The position numbers and the translations under genes were made by a program. This document shows positions 13,006-27,050 of a stretch of DNA of 64,000 nucleotides, piece by piece (within the stretch, counting starts at the first letter, position 1; each line of letters opens with the position of its first letter). Source of the DNA: the human T2T-CHM13v2.0 reference genome, Homo sapiens; the NCBI RefSeq assembly GCF_009914755.1, contig NC_060939.1. One strand, given 5' to 3'. Under the pieces are notes generated by a model, which made no database searches, had not been told where the DNA came from, and saw only the letters and a program-made list of their open reading frames with translations.

Positions 13006-14574
13006 TGAACCAGTAATTCTTAATTGGGTGGTCCTTTGTTTACTCATTGTCTTGGGACTTTGCTCAACAACAGGAATTATCTCCATGAGGAGTGTTTGCC
13101 AAACACTTTAAAGTCCTGTGGGTTAACTGCACTTTTCTAATAAAAAGACAAAAACAGACAAAATGATCCACTCAAAAGAGAAAGAAGCAGCTCTAATTTT
13201 GAAAGTGGCAGTGACACACTAAATATATACATTTATTAAGAAGAAATTTTGAAAAAAAAATCAATGTTTAACTTATACAAGTGTTTTAAAAATGTATGAG
13301 TATCTTGGGTGCATATTTTTACAAAAGAGTGTTTTGACCAAAAGTTATATGGAAATGCCAAAAAAATTTCTATGATAGCACATATAGATTGTTCTGGAAC
13401 TTGCTGGAGATCTAGTTCCAAAAGAAAACCAGCCTTTCAAAGATTTTCTGTGAAATTAATTGATGAAAGGTGTTCATGTATATATGTGTGTTTCTGTGTT
13501 TGAGATTCTTACAGAAAATAAAGTGTTTTACTGAGTTCACAGCATAAAATAAGGAAGATAATTTTGTATGCCAATCTTATAAAACTCATAGCCTCTTACT
13601 TTATTTCCTCACCATGTCTGTTTTCTTTAGGGCATTTTGAGCAGTGGGGAAAAAGGAAACTAAATTTATATTCCTCCTTAGACGCTTCCTGAAGAAAAGG
13701 AAAAATAAATAAATACTGGAAAATGCTTGTGAATTTTTTTTCATGAAAATTTCTGTAAAATAATCCACTGTTGAAACTGCTAACAGCTGTTTTTTCACAC
13801 TCTATAACCCCCAGCAGGTCTGAAAATCCCCTGCAGATTTCAAGATATTGCATGTCAGTAGAGTAAAGCACAGTTCTTTGTTACTATTATTTTAAGGCCA
13901 GGTTTCCCATATTACTTCAACATAAAAAGCTCCTGTGCTATGTAAGTAAATGTTTTCTAGCTGGCAAAAGGTAGTATCATTTTATTTCCATCCAGACATG
14001 GGGTGGGAGGATGGCCACTTCAGCTCTTCATGCTTGACTACACCCAGAACAAAACCAAGGAAGGTGTAAGGCACCTGGTTGATGTAATCCTGAGTCTCTG
14101 TTTTAAACTTTAATGTGGACACTGCATTCATTTTTAGCTGAATAAGGACAATGCTTCAGCTCCTCCACACTTATTCACCATATCAGTGTTCAGAGGAATA
14201 ACTAAATTCTTATGCATTTTCAGTTTTGTCTTTACTTAAGCTGTAACTAAGATGAGAATTCCCAAGAAGAAAGCCCCACATCTAGATCTTGCTCATCACT
14301 TCATGGCTCCTAAGGGCTGATTGTCCAATTTTTTTTAAGGTAACCAAGAGTACAGTCCTCAAACTTTAGTCAAAGGCTTGCAATTTGAAGTAGAGTTGGA
14401 AAACAGGCAAGTTGGTCTGCGGGGCCATTTAACTTGTATCTTACTTTTATCATTTCATTCCTCTCCATCCTTCTCAGTTGGCCAACATTTAGAAGACTGG
14501 ATTTTCAGCCTCATACGTAATTGTGGAATGAAGGGATATTTTTCTCTTTAGCATGTAGTCCTGATATGCATGGT

Positions 14575-14750
14575 TCAATAAGGCCCACCACCATGTAGCA
14601 GGATAGATAAAAGGAAAGGCCCTCCTTTAAGGTTGCTACAGGGAAGTTTGACATATTATTTCCTCTCATATTGCATTAGCCAGAACTAGGCCACATCCAG
14701 CTGCCAGGGAGGCTGGAAAATGTAGTTTTTATCCTGGCTGGCCCTTTGAA
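14575..14750 (-). mobile_element. MLT1J/K-like MaLR LTR fragment
   Basis: CATTAGCCAGAACTAGGCCACATCCAGCTGCCAGGGAGGCTGGAAAATGTAGT motif. Confidence 0.65.
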
Positions 14751-14758
14751 AATACATA

Positions 14759-15396
14759 CAGTTGACCGTTGACCTTTGATCAATTCAGGGGTAAGGGGCA
14801 CCAACCCCTAACACAGTTGAAAGTTCACATATAACTGACTCTCCAAAAACAGTGAATAATAGCCTACTATTGTCTGAAGTCTTATCTATAACATAAATAG
14901 TTGCTTAACGCATATGTTCATGTTATACATACTATATACCATATTCTTACAATCAAGTAAGCTGGGGAAAAATGTTATTAAAAAATAATAAGGGTGAGAA
15001 AATATAGTCTTATCAATAACATAAATAGTTGATTAACACACATGTTTATGTTATATTATTATATACCTTATTCTTACAATCAAGTAAGCTAGAGTGAAGA
15101 AAATTATTAAGAAAAGCATTAAAAATAAAATATGTTTACTATTCATTAAGTGGAGGTGTATCATCATAAAGGTCTTCATCTTCCTCGTCTTCATGTTGAG
15201 TAGGCTGAGGAGGAGAAGTAAGAGGAGAGGTTGGTCTTGCTGTCTCATGGGTGGCAAAGGTGTAAGAAAGTTGAGAAAGTGGGAGGAGAGGCAGGTGAGG
15301 CAGGTACACTGGTATAACTTTTATTGACAAAAATCTGCATATAAGCATATAAGTGGACTAGCACAGTTCAAACCCGTGTTGTTGAAGGGTCAACTG
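14759..15396 (-). mobile_element. Tigger2 (MER28/Tigger2a-b) non-autonomous DNA transposon
   Basis: TIRs CAGTTGACC...GGGTCAACTG with TA on both sides; CATCATAAAGGTCTTCATC...TGAGTAGGCTGAGGAGGAG body. Confidence 0.88.
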
Positions 15397-16729
15397 TATT
15401 GGGCAACAAGGCTTTAGCTGGAAGGGGAGGCTCAAAGTAGGGATGATAAGAAAAGGGAGGCTTCCACACAGGCTGTCATCTACTTTCCTAAGCCTAACCT
15501 AGTCACACTCATGAAAGAGATTCAAATTCTTCTGGATGTTTCTCCATTTTAGCTCTAAGTATCTGTAGCACTAAAAAAAAAAAAAAAAAACAAGTCATCT
15601 TCACTTTGAGGCACACTTTTTTACTTTTCTTAATTTATTTTCTCAATATTTAATTAGTGATGGCTCCACTAGCCCTATTTGGAAAGAGCTTTGTTCCACA
15701 AATGAGGGTCATTGATGTAAACCTTGTGGAGATGTTAGGGATTCAGGGAAGGCTATCATATTTATTTTTCAAAACCTACATTTTTCTTATTTTGTAAGTA
15801 ATTTTATATGAAGGGGTGATCGTTCCAGCCATTTGCTGCCAGTTTGAAAGAGCATGTTCCAGGAAGATATTTAAAGCCTTCCATGTTTCATGTTCATGTT
15901 CATGTTCATTCTTTGGGTAATAGTCGCAGTCTGAAATGCAGCTCCTACCAAAAGTCATGATTCAGCCTGAGCTTACCAAGTTCTCACTGCCATAGGGAGG
16001 AGGAAGCAGTCACCATAGCTCCACTCAGCAGTCAGGACGGAAGCAAAGGTATCACATCTCTTGTTTCCTGTCATGCTTTTGGGCTGAGAAGATGCTCTTT
16101 TGATGATCCTCTCAGGCCCCGACTCACATGGCAGAACAGGAGAAGCTATTTGCTTTGACAGATACATACCACAGGTGTAGAGGACCCAATTTAGTTGAAT
16201 CTCCTTTAGAAATGGTGGACTTCATGTTTTTAAAATCTTCCCTGTATTTCTCTTTGTCATGACAAACACATTCAGACAGAACATCTAACTTGTGAGTAAT
16301 CCAAAATAATTTGAGCAAATGCATTAATAGATTTCATTCTGAATACCACATACTGGAATTTAAAACAACAAAATTAAGAACTTCATAATTAGACAATAGT
16401 TCCCTAAATTGGGGCATTTATATAAAAGACCATTGTCATATAAAATATATACGTAAACTCAAACCTTTCTTCTCTTTTAACAAATCCTCTATGATTATTT
16501 CTTTGACATAGTTTTTTTGCTAGTTTACCTAATTAAGATCACAAGATTTTTAAAGAGACCTCAGACAGATTTTGAATATACTGTGAGGAATAAAGGGCAT
16601 TGCCAGAAGTCAGAAGTCTGAAGAGATGATTTTAAGATCAAAGCTTTCCCAAATACAAATCCTAGCTTAAATCACTTGAGTTTGTAGGAGATGTATAGAG
16701 AAAGAGTGTGGGTCCGAAGCCATGATGAA

Positions 16730-16962
16730 GGGTGGAGACAGACAAATGTGGGTTGAGTCCTGCTGCTGCTACTCATTAACTAGATGATCTTGGAGGAGTT
16801 ATTAAAACCTCTCATAGCCTCAGTTTCCTTGTCTATAAAATGGGGCTAAGAATGGTGCCTGTCCCATAGGGTCATGGATATAATTAAATGAAATAATTCA
16901 AACTAGTAACTCAGCACACTATCTGGCCAGAATAAGTATTCAATAATTGTTCATTATTATTG
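16730..16962 (+). mobile_element. MIR (MIRb-like) SINE
   Basis: Core AGCCTCAGTTTCCTTGTCTATAAAATGGGG and tail TATTCAATAATTGTTCATTATTATT. Confidence 0.85.
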
Positions 16963-17897
16963 GCATAATTACTTCACTATATATGTATTTATGAATAATG
17001 ACATATTTATACAAGAAATTAAAAATAAGGATCAATGAATCATGACAGTCTATCCAATTTGCCTTTAATGTAACCAAAACAAAATCTAAGTGAAAATGAA
17101 AATAGGTCAAAGACATATATCTTTATATGTATATGAAAAGTTTCCTACCAAGTTAGACTCCAGGGAAGAAACCATGTATTGTCAATTTGCTATAAATACA
17201 CATATAGCAAATAGACACTTTAAAATTATATGTGCAGAATATCAGCTTGGCATTAAGATTGTGGTTTAAAGTGCAAAGAAACTAGGATTCAAACAGGAAA
17301 TCCTCATCATAACCTCACTCTGCCCTTTTGCCTCCATATGCATAAACAAATTATATTTGGTCTTTCATTACATGGCCAAACATACTGGATTCTGTAACAT
17401 AGTTTGTACCAAAATTATCAGATATTAGAAAGTAGCTACCCATTTGGCAGATGCTATTTTAAAAAAGCACTTTATATCATTGAACATATTTTCAGGTAAA
17501 GGCACTGTATATATGTGGATATGTATTTGTGATGATCTCCTTTTTGACAAATGAATTCAATGATTTAGTTGGCACTTACTCTGTGGTTGTTCATTAGAAC
17601 AGGGATTGGTTGAGAGTTGTGGGGACATTACCAGTCTCCCCCCAGACTCATCCCCTCCAAGGGGTCAATGTCAGGACACAATGCTTTATTGGGAATCAGT
17701 GGGAGAGAAAGCTCTGGCTGATTCCAGCCTGCCTTCTCTTCCTGCAGTCTCCCCCATGCCTATAATTATTTATTCACTTTCCTAATGAACTACCAATTAG
17801 AGGTCATGTTGTTATGGACTGTTCTTTGCATGTGTTGGAGGGGAGGGGATTCTTGTTCTAAAGCACCCAGTGGACTAACAGAATGTTCCTTGTGGTA

Positions 17898-17951
17898 TTA
17901 GGTTGGTGCAAAAGTAATGGCAAAACCACAATTACTTTTGCACCAGTCTAA
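17898..17951. mobile_element. MADE1 (Hsmar1 MITE), internally deleted to 54 bp
   Basis: TTAGGTTGGTGCAAAAGTAAT...ATTACTTTTGCACCAGTCTAA with TA TSDs. Confidence 0.92.
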
Positions 17952-18189
17952 TACAATGGCACCTCTACTCTTCTCTTCACACTATACACTCCAGCCCCAC
18001 TCCCGGCAGTTAATTCCTCTGCCTCTCTTTTTGGTATCCAAAGACCTTGACCATGGCGAGATCCTGGAGAACATTCTCAAGCCTCAATGTAAAATCAGAT
18101 TACAGTCCAGGAAGTTTTCCTGTAATGGTCATAAATATATTTGAATTCTCTGAAAATTAGCCTGTCTTGGTTGACTGATGTCTTTTTCA

Positions 18190-18700
18190 GGGATAATTTA
18201 TTTGTAAAGAACTTCCTTCCATCACCATCAAAACAAAAACAAAACCAAAAAACTGTCAATGAATAAAGACATTTATTGAAAGAATACAGTAAAATCTCCT
18301 AAAATCTAATTGCATGAAGTGCATCTGACTTTCCTGGAACCTCTAACAGTCTCTCTCCCTCCTCCTCTGGGTTTGCACCGTTATTCATCTCTGCTGTGCA
18401 TTTGACATATCCCTCTCACTGCGCATTGACTTTTCCTCAGGGTTCTTGGTTCCAGCTCCCTATCGCTTTGGCTTACATTAAGCTTTGAGTTGCTATGGCA
18501 CTGATTCTGGCTCCAAACCTTTATTAGATGTCAAAGTCAATCCCAACCTTTTCATTCTGGGTCTCTCAGTACAAGTTCTTAGGATGGAGTATTCAGTTGG
18601 TTGCTGGTTGGTGAGAGGATTGATTCTCATGGGGCCTCTTGTGCACTCCTTGGCCAATCCACAGTGGCTGGTAAAGATCCTGTGGAGATACATCCTTCAA
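18190..18700 (-). mobile_element. Old MLT1-like LTR remnant
   Basis: ATTTATTGAAAGAATA...CTCCTTGGCCAATC; highly diverged. Confidence 0.3.
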
Positions 18701-20029
18701 GGCTGCTATTGATGGCAGATATTGACTAAGTATCTCAGTTTCATTGAAATCTTTCATTTAGCTGAATATTCCATATCTGAGTACAGCTGGATACCAGGAA
18801 ATTCACTATATATAAATTTCAGGGTGACCTCATTGCCCACTTTTGTTGGCATGTGTATAAAGAGAAGTGTATACCACCCAGCACAGTGAAGTTTCAATTT
18901 AAGCTTTAAATAAAAATTGTTTGATGATATTGATGATGATGATCATGATGAGGCTACCAAGTCTGAGGAAGAAACAGCCCATCTTCCATGGCACATTCAC
19001 AAGTAAAACAGAAAAAAAAAGTCCTCAGATGTTATTAATACTTTAAGTGCCACCACTGATAATCCGTAGGCTGGCTGTAATAAAATAGAGAAGTCTTTGG
19101 TGCCTAAAGTTTTTATCCCTGAGATAATGTGTTTATTTTTCCTACCTGCCTAATGCATCTGTAGATGGTAAGAAATTATAATGATTACTTGGGTGAAAAT
19201 TTTCAAAAAGAAAGCATGAATCTAGTTCAGGCAGTATAGGTGTAAACCAATAAACCCAACAAAAAATAACATTGCAGCCTCTACTCTCTTCTGGAAATCA
19301 TTAATAAAGAGACAAAAACTTTGAGCATAGACATGGTGATAATGAATTTAGCACAGCATTTATCTGTAAAACATATCATGGAGATTATTCAATAGCTGTT
19401 TATGGCTATTATCTTTTGGAATATTGTAGAGAGTACAATAGTCAGCAGAAAGTGTTTTCATTCGGTCATTTTCTTTAAAGTTCAAAATGAAGTCTGTAGA
19501 TTCACTTTCTCTAGGGTGTGTGGGAAGCGCGGGAAGTGAAGACAGTGGAGTGACAGTTCACTGAGCCGAGATGAGCTGTCAGGGTGGATGTGTGACTGAG
19601 GGGGTGAATGATGGCTATTAGTGTTGCCAAAGCTGCACCCCTTGACTGTGCCCCCACCAGACCATTATATTCTACTTGTGAGAGGACAGGGGGCCATTGG
19701 AAGAAGAATGTGCAGAGACAAGGTTTTTGGCTTCTTAGATGGATGGAGGATGGATGGAACTTGTTTGCTGAGTTTAACATAGAAGCCAAAACTGGGATAC
19801 CACATAGGCTTGTGCAACTCACGCTGAATGTGCTATGGTTCCTCTGATTGGATGAAAGAGTCAAAATTCAAAATGGCAGAATTGTGTCAGATTTATGAGT
19901 AATGTAAGTGCTTTTTAAAAGTTTCATTGTAAAATGTTACTGATACATTAACTTTAACCGAGGTGCAAAGACAGAGACATGTATCTAATATGAAGCCATC
20001 ACATATGAAATCAACCCAGAGTTATATAA

Positions 20030-20452
<423 letters not shown>

Positions 20453-21038
20453 AACAATTACTATTTATTCCCTAAAGGTAAACGCTAATGCAGCCTAATA
20501 AAATAATTTTCATTTAAAATAAATAGAATAGTTACTAACATTAATACATTTATATTAAGTATATGCCATTCTTGACTTTTATAAACAAATGCTCATGTAA
20601 ATAAGTAGCTTGGTCTGGCAGTATCCCACTGTTGGAGAGACTACGTAATGCTTTCGGGGATTTGAGATTCTTGAAGAAGTTTCCTACATGGAAGAATTAC
20701 TTTTTCACCCCACATAAATTTTTGCTCTATCTCATGCTCCCTTACCTGCATGCACACACCCAAATTCCTTGTATAATACTGTTTCTAACACAGCACTGCC
20801 TCTCCCTGCTACACTGATGAAAAACCCATTCATCATTTACATATTACATATCTGCCACTTTGTTCTATATATAAACACTAGTCTATGCATACCAAATGTA
20901 AATGTAGGTATTTGTAATATTAAGCTCAGGAAAACTAGAAATAGACATAATGTAGAACAGCTTTGGGGGCAAAATTATTCAATACCAGAGAATTTCAGGA
21001 TCAGTCAAGCAGGAGGGATGAGAGGATCAAGAATGTGA

Positions 21039-21101
21039 CAAAAAAAAAAAAAACACAAAAACACACACACAAAAAAACACAAAAAAACACAAAAAACAAC
21101 A
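21039..21101. repeat. A-rich (CACAAAAAAA)-type low-complexity repeat
   Basis: Seen directly. Confidence 0.85.
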
Positions 21102-21179
21102 ATGAGATGACAGGAAAAGACCTTTCAGAAAATTAGCAACAGAGTCTGAGAAAGCTGCTCTGAGGGATTGAGCTTATGC

Positions 21180-21420
21180 TTATGTGATGCTTACTTATGT
21201 GTACCCGGTGCTGCTCTAAGTGTTTACATGTGTTACTTGTTAAATTCCAAACCCTATGAGGTAGATACAGGTGTTCACCTATCCCACAGATAAGAACATA
21301 AAGGTAGACAGAAGTCAAGTAACTTGCCCAAGGTCACTGAGTAGGAAGAGGCAAAGAGATATGGGATATGGGGTATGCACTCAGTTTGCTTCAAAGTACC
21401 TGATGTTAACCACCACACAA
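21180..21420 (-). mobile_element. MIR SINE
   Basis: AACCCTATGAGGTAGA...AAGTAACTTGCCCAAGGTCAC. Confidence 0.85.
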
Positions 21421-21496
21421 AACAGCCCCTAGGCCTTGACCCTAAAATGGGGCAGTGGATCTAGATATTTCTTGATTCTGAAAAACCGTTCTATTA

Positions 21497-22060
21497 GCAA
21501 TTCAACAAGTACTTTTTAAGCACCTACTGTACATAAGAGCTAGTTACCTTAGGGGAGTAAACAACAAATCAGGTAAGTTGATACCCTAGAGGGAGTTAAG
21601 ACAGATACAAAACCACTATAATACTAGATAGAAAGTGACAAAAATACAAAAAAAAAATAAATTAAGACATAGATGAATGGTATGGGAGTTTTCAAAAGTT
21701 AGTATTTCATTTCCAGGTAGCACAGGATGAGAGATGCGGGCAGGGAAAGAGAGAGGATATGAGGGAAAGCCTCATGTCATGCATAATTCAAAGGTATGCT
21801 GAATTTGTAAATGTGAAGATTGAATGAATCTTCAGGTAAGTGAAAGCAGCACACTGGAAGATGTTAAGATAATTGGGGCAGATACAGAAAGTAGCTTGTT
21901 AGTTTGTCTTGGCTTCATGGGGAGGAGTGGGCAAGAAGGCAGGAAACGTGAGTTAAATTCAGGCCATCAAGAGCCTCAAATGCTATGCTGTAGGATTTGG
22001 ATTTTATTTGGTTGGGAACTATGAACAGTTTTTTAACTGCTTTGGAAAGATTGATCTGTG
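21497..22060 (-). mobile_element. L2 fragment
   Basis: ATTCAACAAGTACTTTTTAAGCACCTACTG start; GGATTTGGATTTTATT motif. Confidence 0.6.
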
Positions 22061-23329
22061 ATTTAGAATGGTGTGATTCCTTGAAATGCTAATGTTCCCG
22101 GTAGATAAAGCTTTCATTTTTGTTCAATTTAATGTAACAATCATTTATGTAGAACTCTTCTACATAACCATAAACTCTCTACAGCAATGTACCATTACAT
22201 TACCTCTACAAAGGAGGAGTTCCACCATAAATGGTGGTTACTTTGATTTTGTCGTGGATTTGAGGAGTATAGAAATAAATAAGGTATTGTCTTCAACTTC
22301 AAAGAGCTTCACATAGGGATTCCAAATGCTATTAAGAGGTGAAAAGTTCTTTGAAGGCCAAGAGGAAAGGGTATCCATTCTTATTGGGGACACAATGAAG
22401 GCTTGGGAGGAGCCCCTTGGCTCTCTTAGCTAATGCAAGTTCAGTCTCAGTCGTCAGATTGTACCATTGGCTTCTAGACTCAGACCGATTGAGTCTTAGA
22501 AGGGTCTAGGTGTTCATCACTGAGGGTCTAGGTGTGTACAAATCAGTAATGATATCCATGTCTTCACCTGAAAAATATATCTTATTATTGGTCTCATGTT
22601 GTCTTTTCCAGGGTAAATATTGATTATGAATATTGAGAAAATAAAATGTAGTTAAGAACAAAACATACAATCAGCTATTCCATATCCATTACAACTAAGC
22701 CAATCATAATGTATTTAGGTCACTAAAATCCATAATTCCCAAAGATGGTATTATTGTACAAGGCAGAAGTCATAGAGAAACCTAAGAAGATGGAAAAAAA
22801 TAACTTTAAAAGTTACCCAACTCACCCAAGCCATCACTGAATATTTAGGGAGTAATTTCTCCATGTAAAAATACTTCATGCTCTTTGCCTTAATCAGTCT
22901 TTATTATACACTTAGATAACAATGCATGAAAACATTTAATTAAGAAAACATCAGTGTGATGCATCTATAAGCAGTTAGATATAGAAGTCAGATAACACCA
23001 AGGTGGTATAAGAAGCATCTTAGAAGAGTAGAGCCAGTGATTCTCTTAGAAGAGTAAAACCAGGAAATACTGGTTATGACAATCTCTTCCAGCATAATTT
23101 GGAAAAATCACAATAAATAAGAATTAATTTTATAGTCAGAAAGTGAGAAAAACAAACATTCCTCTTTTCACACTACAAATAATAGAGAGTAAAGCTTGAT
23201 AAATGTATCATGGCTAGGAGGGATGGGTTTGAACAGATTATAAAACAACAAAGCAGACCCTCCTTAAAGAACAAATACAACTTGTATGGATTAAGAGGAT
23301 AAGGCAAGATGCTGTTTAGTCAGGAAACG

Positions 23330-24125
23330 TGGTAAATAAGTGTTCAAGGTAGAAGGTACAGGTTAGCCCAGGCTAAGTGGGAAGCAGTGCCTCCCTCTGC
23401 TTAGCTGAGGTGGCACTTAGGTTGAAGCATTATGAGACATTGGAAAGTTAGGCAGAGTTTAGATTAGGTAATATAAGGCATTGGGAAGGCACTGTAAGTC
23501 TTAAAAAGGAGAAAGACTTTAAAATTTTGTTTATGTATACAGAATGAATTAGAAGAAATAATACTGGCTCAAATGCTCTGCCGTGAGTTAGGCTTGAGCT
23601 ACATGGGTCTGGGCAAGGATGTTGGCAGTTGGAATTAGGAGATGGAACAAATTTAAGAGTTGCCTCAGAGGACCAATCATGAAGCTTGATGATAGACTGG
23701 CTACGGAGGCGCAAGGAAGGAAGTAATCAAGGATAAATGACGTGTGTCTCAAGAGTTGCTACCTTTGTGTCTGGGATAATACATGGCTGTCAGTGGGAAT
23801 GGGAATGCTGGGCTAGAGATTCTGGAGAGAAGGGAGAATGTGTAGTTTGGTTTCGAATGTGTGGAGAGTTGACAAGAGATTATCCAAATATCAATCATAG
23901 GCAGCGATGCAGGAGAACAGTTAGCATTGGAGGAGTAGACGTGGAAGTAAGTAACATGGCTGTGGGCACAGAACATGAGACTGGATGTGCTCTTCAAGGA
24001 GATGATTCAGAAAGAAGCAAGGCAGAAGATCAAAGCTTGAGAGCATTACACAGAATTAGGGATGGGGTAGAGAGACTAAGATGTGATCAGAGAAGAAAAG
24101 GACAGTGCGATGAGATATTTTCTCA
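23330..24125 (-). mobile_element. L2 fragment
   Basis: Purine-rich antisense-L2 motifs (GGCATTGGGAAGGCACTG, AATCAAGGAT, GAGACTGGATG). Confidence 0.6.
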
Positions 24126-25310
24126 AAAACTATAGTAATTTGATAGAAGCTACACATTTTCTGATTGCTCAGGATCCAGGACATTCCTAATTACAGTCAG
24201 TTGTTCAAATTTCCACTTCCTCATATTATATTCTTCACATCTAGTAGTGTCTGGTCCAGGATAGGTATCAATAGATATTTACTCAAGAAAGTTTGAAGAA
24301 GTTGGGTGTTGATACAATGGGGTTAAAGGCTTTTGCAGTATGTCCTGCCCTCCACTTCAGTTCCCACAGGACCCAGCAGCATGTCAGACAAGTTGAGGTC
24401 TGGAAGAGCCCCATATGTCTTGTATCTCTTTGAGTTAAAAATTCAAACGAAGTCCCAGTACTAATATTAGAATATATCAACTTCAGAGAAGCCAGCATCT
24501 TAGCAAAGATATCTTATAGAATCAAACGAATTATCTGTACCAGAATCCACTGGTCTGTTGATTGGTGTGTGAGATAACCACAGTGGCTATTGATACATAT
24601 TATAGTACATGACAGAGTGTGGTTGTTTGAAACAGCAATAAATAGGTTTATTTCAGGCAAACTTTAATGTTCTAAAAAAATAAGTCTTTTTTATTGAGTT
24701 TAGTAACAAATAACCTTTCCAGAATTTTCCAACTGTCAAAAAATCTACATAAAATTATAATTTCATGTCAGAACTTTGATGTATGTATAGGGGAAAAATT
24801 AACTTTAGAAAATTTGGTTATTTAAAGAGGATACAAAGAACAGACACACCTTTAACAACCATGCAGAGGATGTAAACCCAAAGGAAAAAAGGAAATAATT
24901 TGCCTGGTATGAAGAAGATCTACTTAGAGCTCATGGGATAAGATTAGGAAAAGGCACATTAAGCTAAGAATCCTGAAAAACCCTCTTCTTATTGAGAATG
25001 TTCACACTGTGACTTAAGCTTCAGGGAAATTGATAACCACGCCTTTCCCGGACAAGGTGTTAGAAAGCATATTGCAAGAAACATTCTGCTTTGCTGAATT
25101 TTATTATCTAGCCAATTAATGTAAAACATAACAATTTTATTTCAAAGTCTTTCCTATATTGTGATGTGCTTGTCATCACCTGGTACTGCCACTGAAATTT
25201 CTACTAACGTGTTTACAACTGTGTTGCTAGCTAACATATCCTGGTGACAATTAAAACACTGTAAATTTATTCCCAAAAGAAATAGGCTCACATAATCAAA
25301 AGATTTATAA

Positions 25311-25679
<369 letters not shown>

Positions 25680-26015
25680 TAAATATACAAACAGGAGCAA
25701 AGAAAGGAACTACAGCTCTTGATTATTTGTGCTTAGCACTGTGGGAAGCACAGATACAACTGCAAAGAAATATAGCCAAAAATACAAGTTCGATCCAGGA
25801 GTTGGTGGATCTGGGCCCTTCTCTATCATGATGGAGTTGCATTTCACTGGGGAAATCATTGATCCTGTTGGTATCTGTTTTCTCATCTGTGTAAGGGAAT
25901 GATACAAGCCTCTCTGGTCTCACAAAATGCATTAGAATGCACTTTGAAGAGTCTGGAAAACTACTCATGCAAGAGATGATCAGGAGCATGATTTGAAAGA
26001 CTTTTATATTTAGCT

Positions 26016-26041
26016 GTGTGTGTGTGTGTGTTTGTGTGTGT
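26016..26041. repeat. Interrupted (TG)n microsatellite
   Basis: Seen directly. Confidence 0.9.
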
Positions 26042-26599
26042 GTTGCACTTACATTTGAATATGGATGTGTCTACTGCTCTGGGATTTCAAAACACTTCAA
26101 ACTATGTAATGAAGCCACACTGTGAACACTTAATTAATTTAGAGTAGGTGCTGATTCTTAATAAGAACTTTAAAACATGGTTTATTGTGAGTAAGCCATA
26201 ATTCAGGGAATCCACCCACATATAAACGAGATTTGCCTGTAGCTTAGAAAGACCTACTTTAAACAGGATCTGAATAAAATGTCAAGAAACTTTATTTCCA
26301 GGTTTCTATGGTGGGCGACCTCTGAATGTGAGATAGCATTTCAAAATTAGCAAGGCATCCTTTGCCACTAAGAAACAAATAAAGTTACTTCGTTAACTTG
26401 TACTGAAAAAAAAAAGCATGCATTTACTCATTTATTCAGTCATAAATTGAGTCTCTCCATTTGTTCAGTAAACAGTGAATGAATATATTGTAGTTCCTGG
26501 TAACGCAGGCAGGCTGTTCTTAGCCAGTATGCACCAGACGGAGGAACTGGATGTGTGCGTGGATGGTGTCCTAATTGGTCAGCAGCTACATACCGAATA

Positions 26600-27050
26600 G
26601 AAGAATGAAGAGAGAAGACTGGCCTCAGGGAGTGCACCATCTCATTGAAAAGCAATATGATGAATCTTAAAATGAAGTAATTCATACCATCCTTGGGGAA
26701 AACTGTGGAAGGGACAAGTAGAGCTGCCCTAGGGAAGTTGAGGAATTCTTCAAAAGGAAGGTCAGAGTGAACTGAAAGGAAAAATAGAGTGTCCCAGGTG
26801 GCCAAGAGTCAGAGTGGGGAGCACATTTCAGACAGAGAGTACAATTTTTCTAAAAGCTGAGAACTGTAAGCAAATTTGGAGTGTCCCAAGAGCAAGAAAC
26901 TCATTAGTAATGGAAAAGAAAGCTGATGGAATAGAGTATAGGACAGAAGACTGAACCAGACTTAAGAATTAGGTATAAATTACAAGATAAAGGGGAACCA
27001 TGGAAGAATTTTAATGACATGATCAAATTTATGATGGGCACAATACAGAG
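26600..27050 (-). mobile_element. L2 fragment
   Basis: GGCCTCAGGGAG...CATTTCAGACAGAGAG...GGGGAACCATGGAAGAATTTTAA. Confidence 0.55.

Noticed and set aside
15139-15348. Acidic ORF containing EDEEDEDLYDD
   Set aside because: It is a remnant of Tigger2 sequence, not a gene.
18925-18966. C/D-box-like ATGATGA...CTGA
   Set aside because: It is part of a (GAT)n run; the boxes are too close together and there is no terminal stem.
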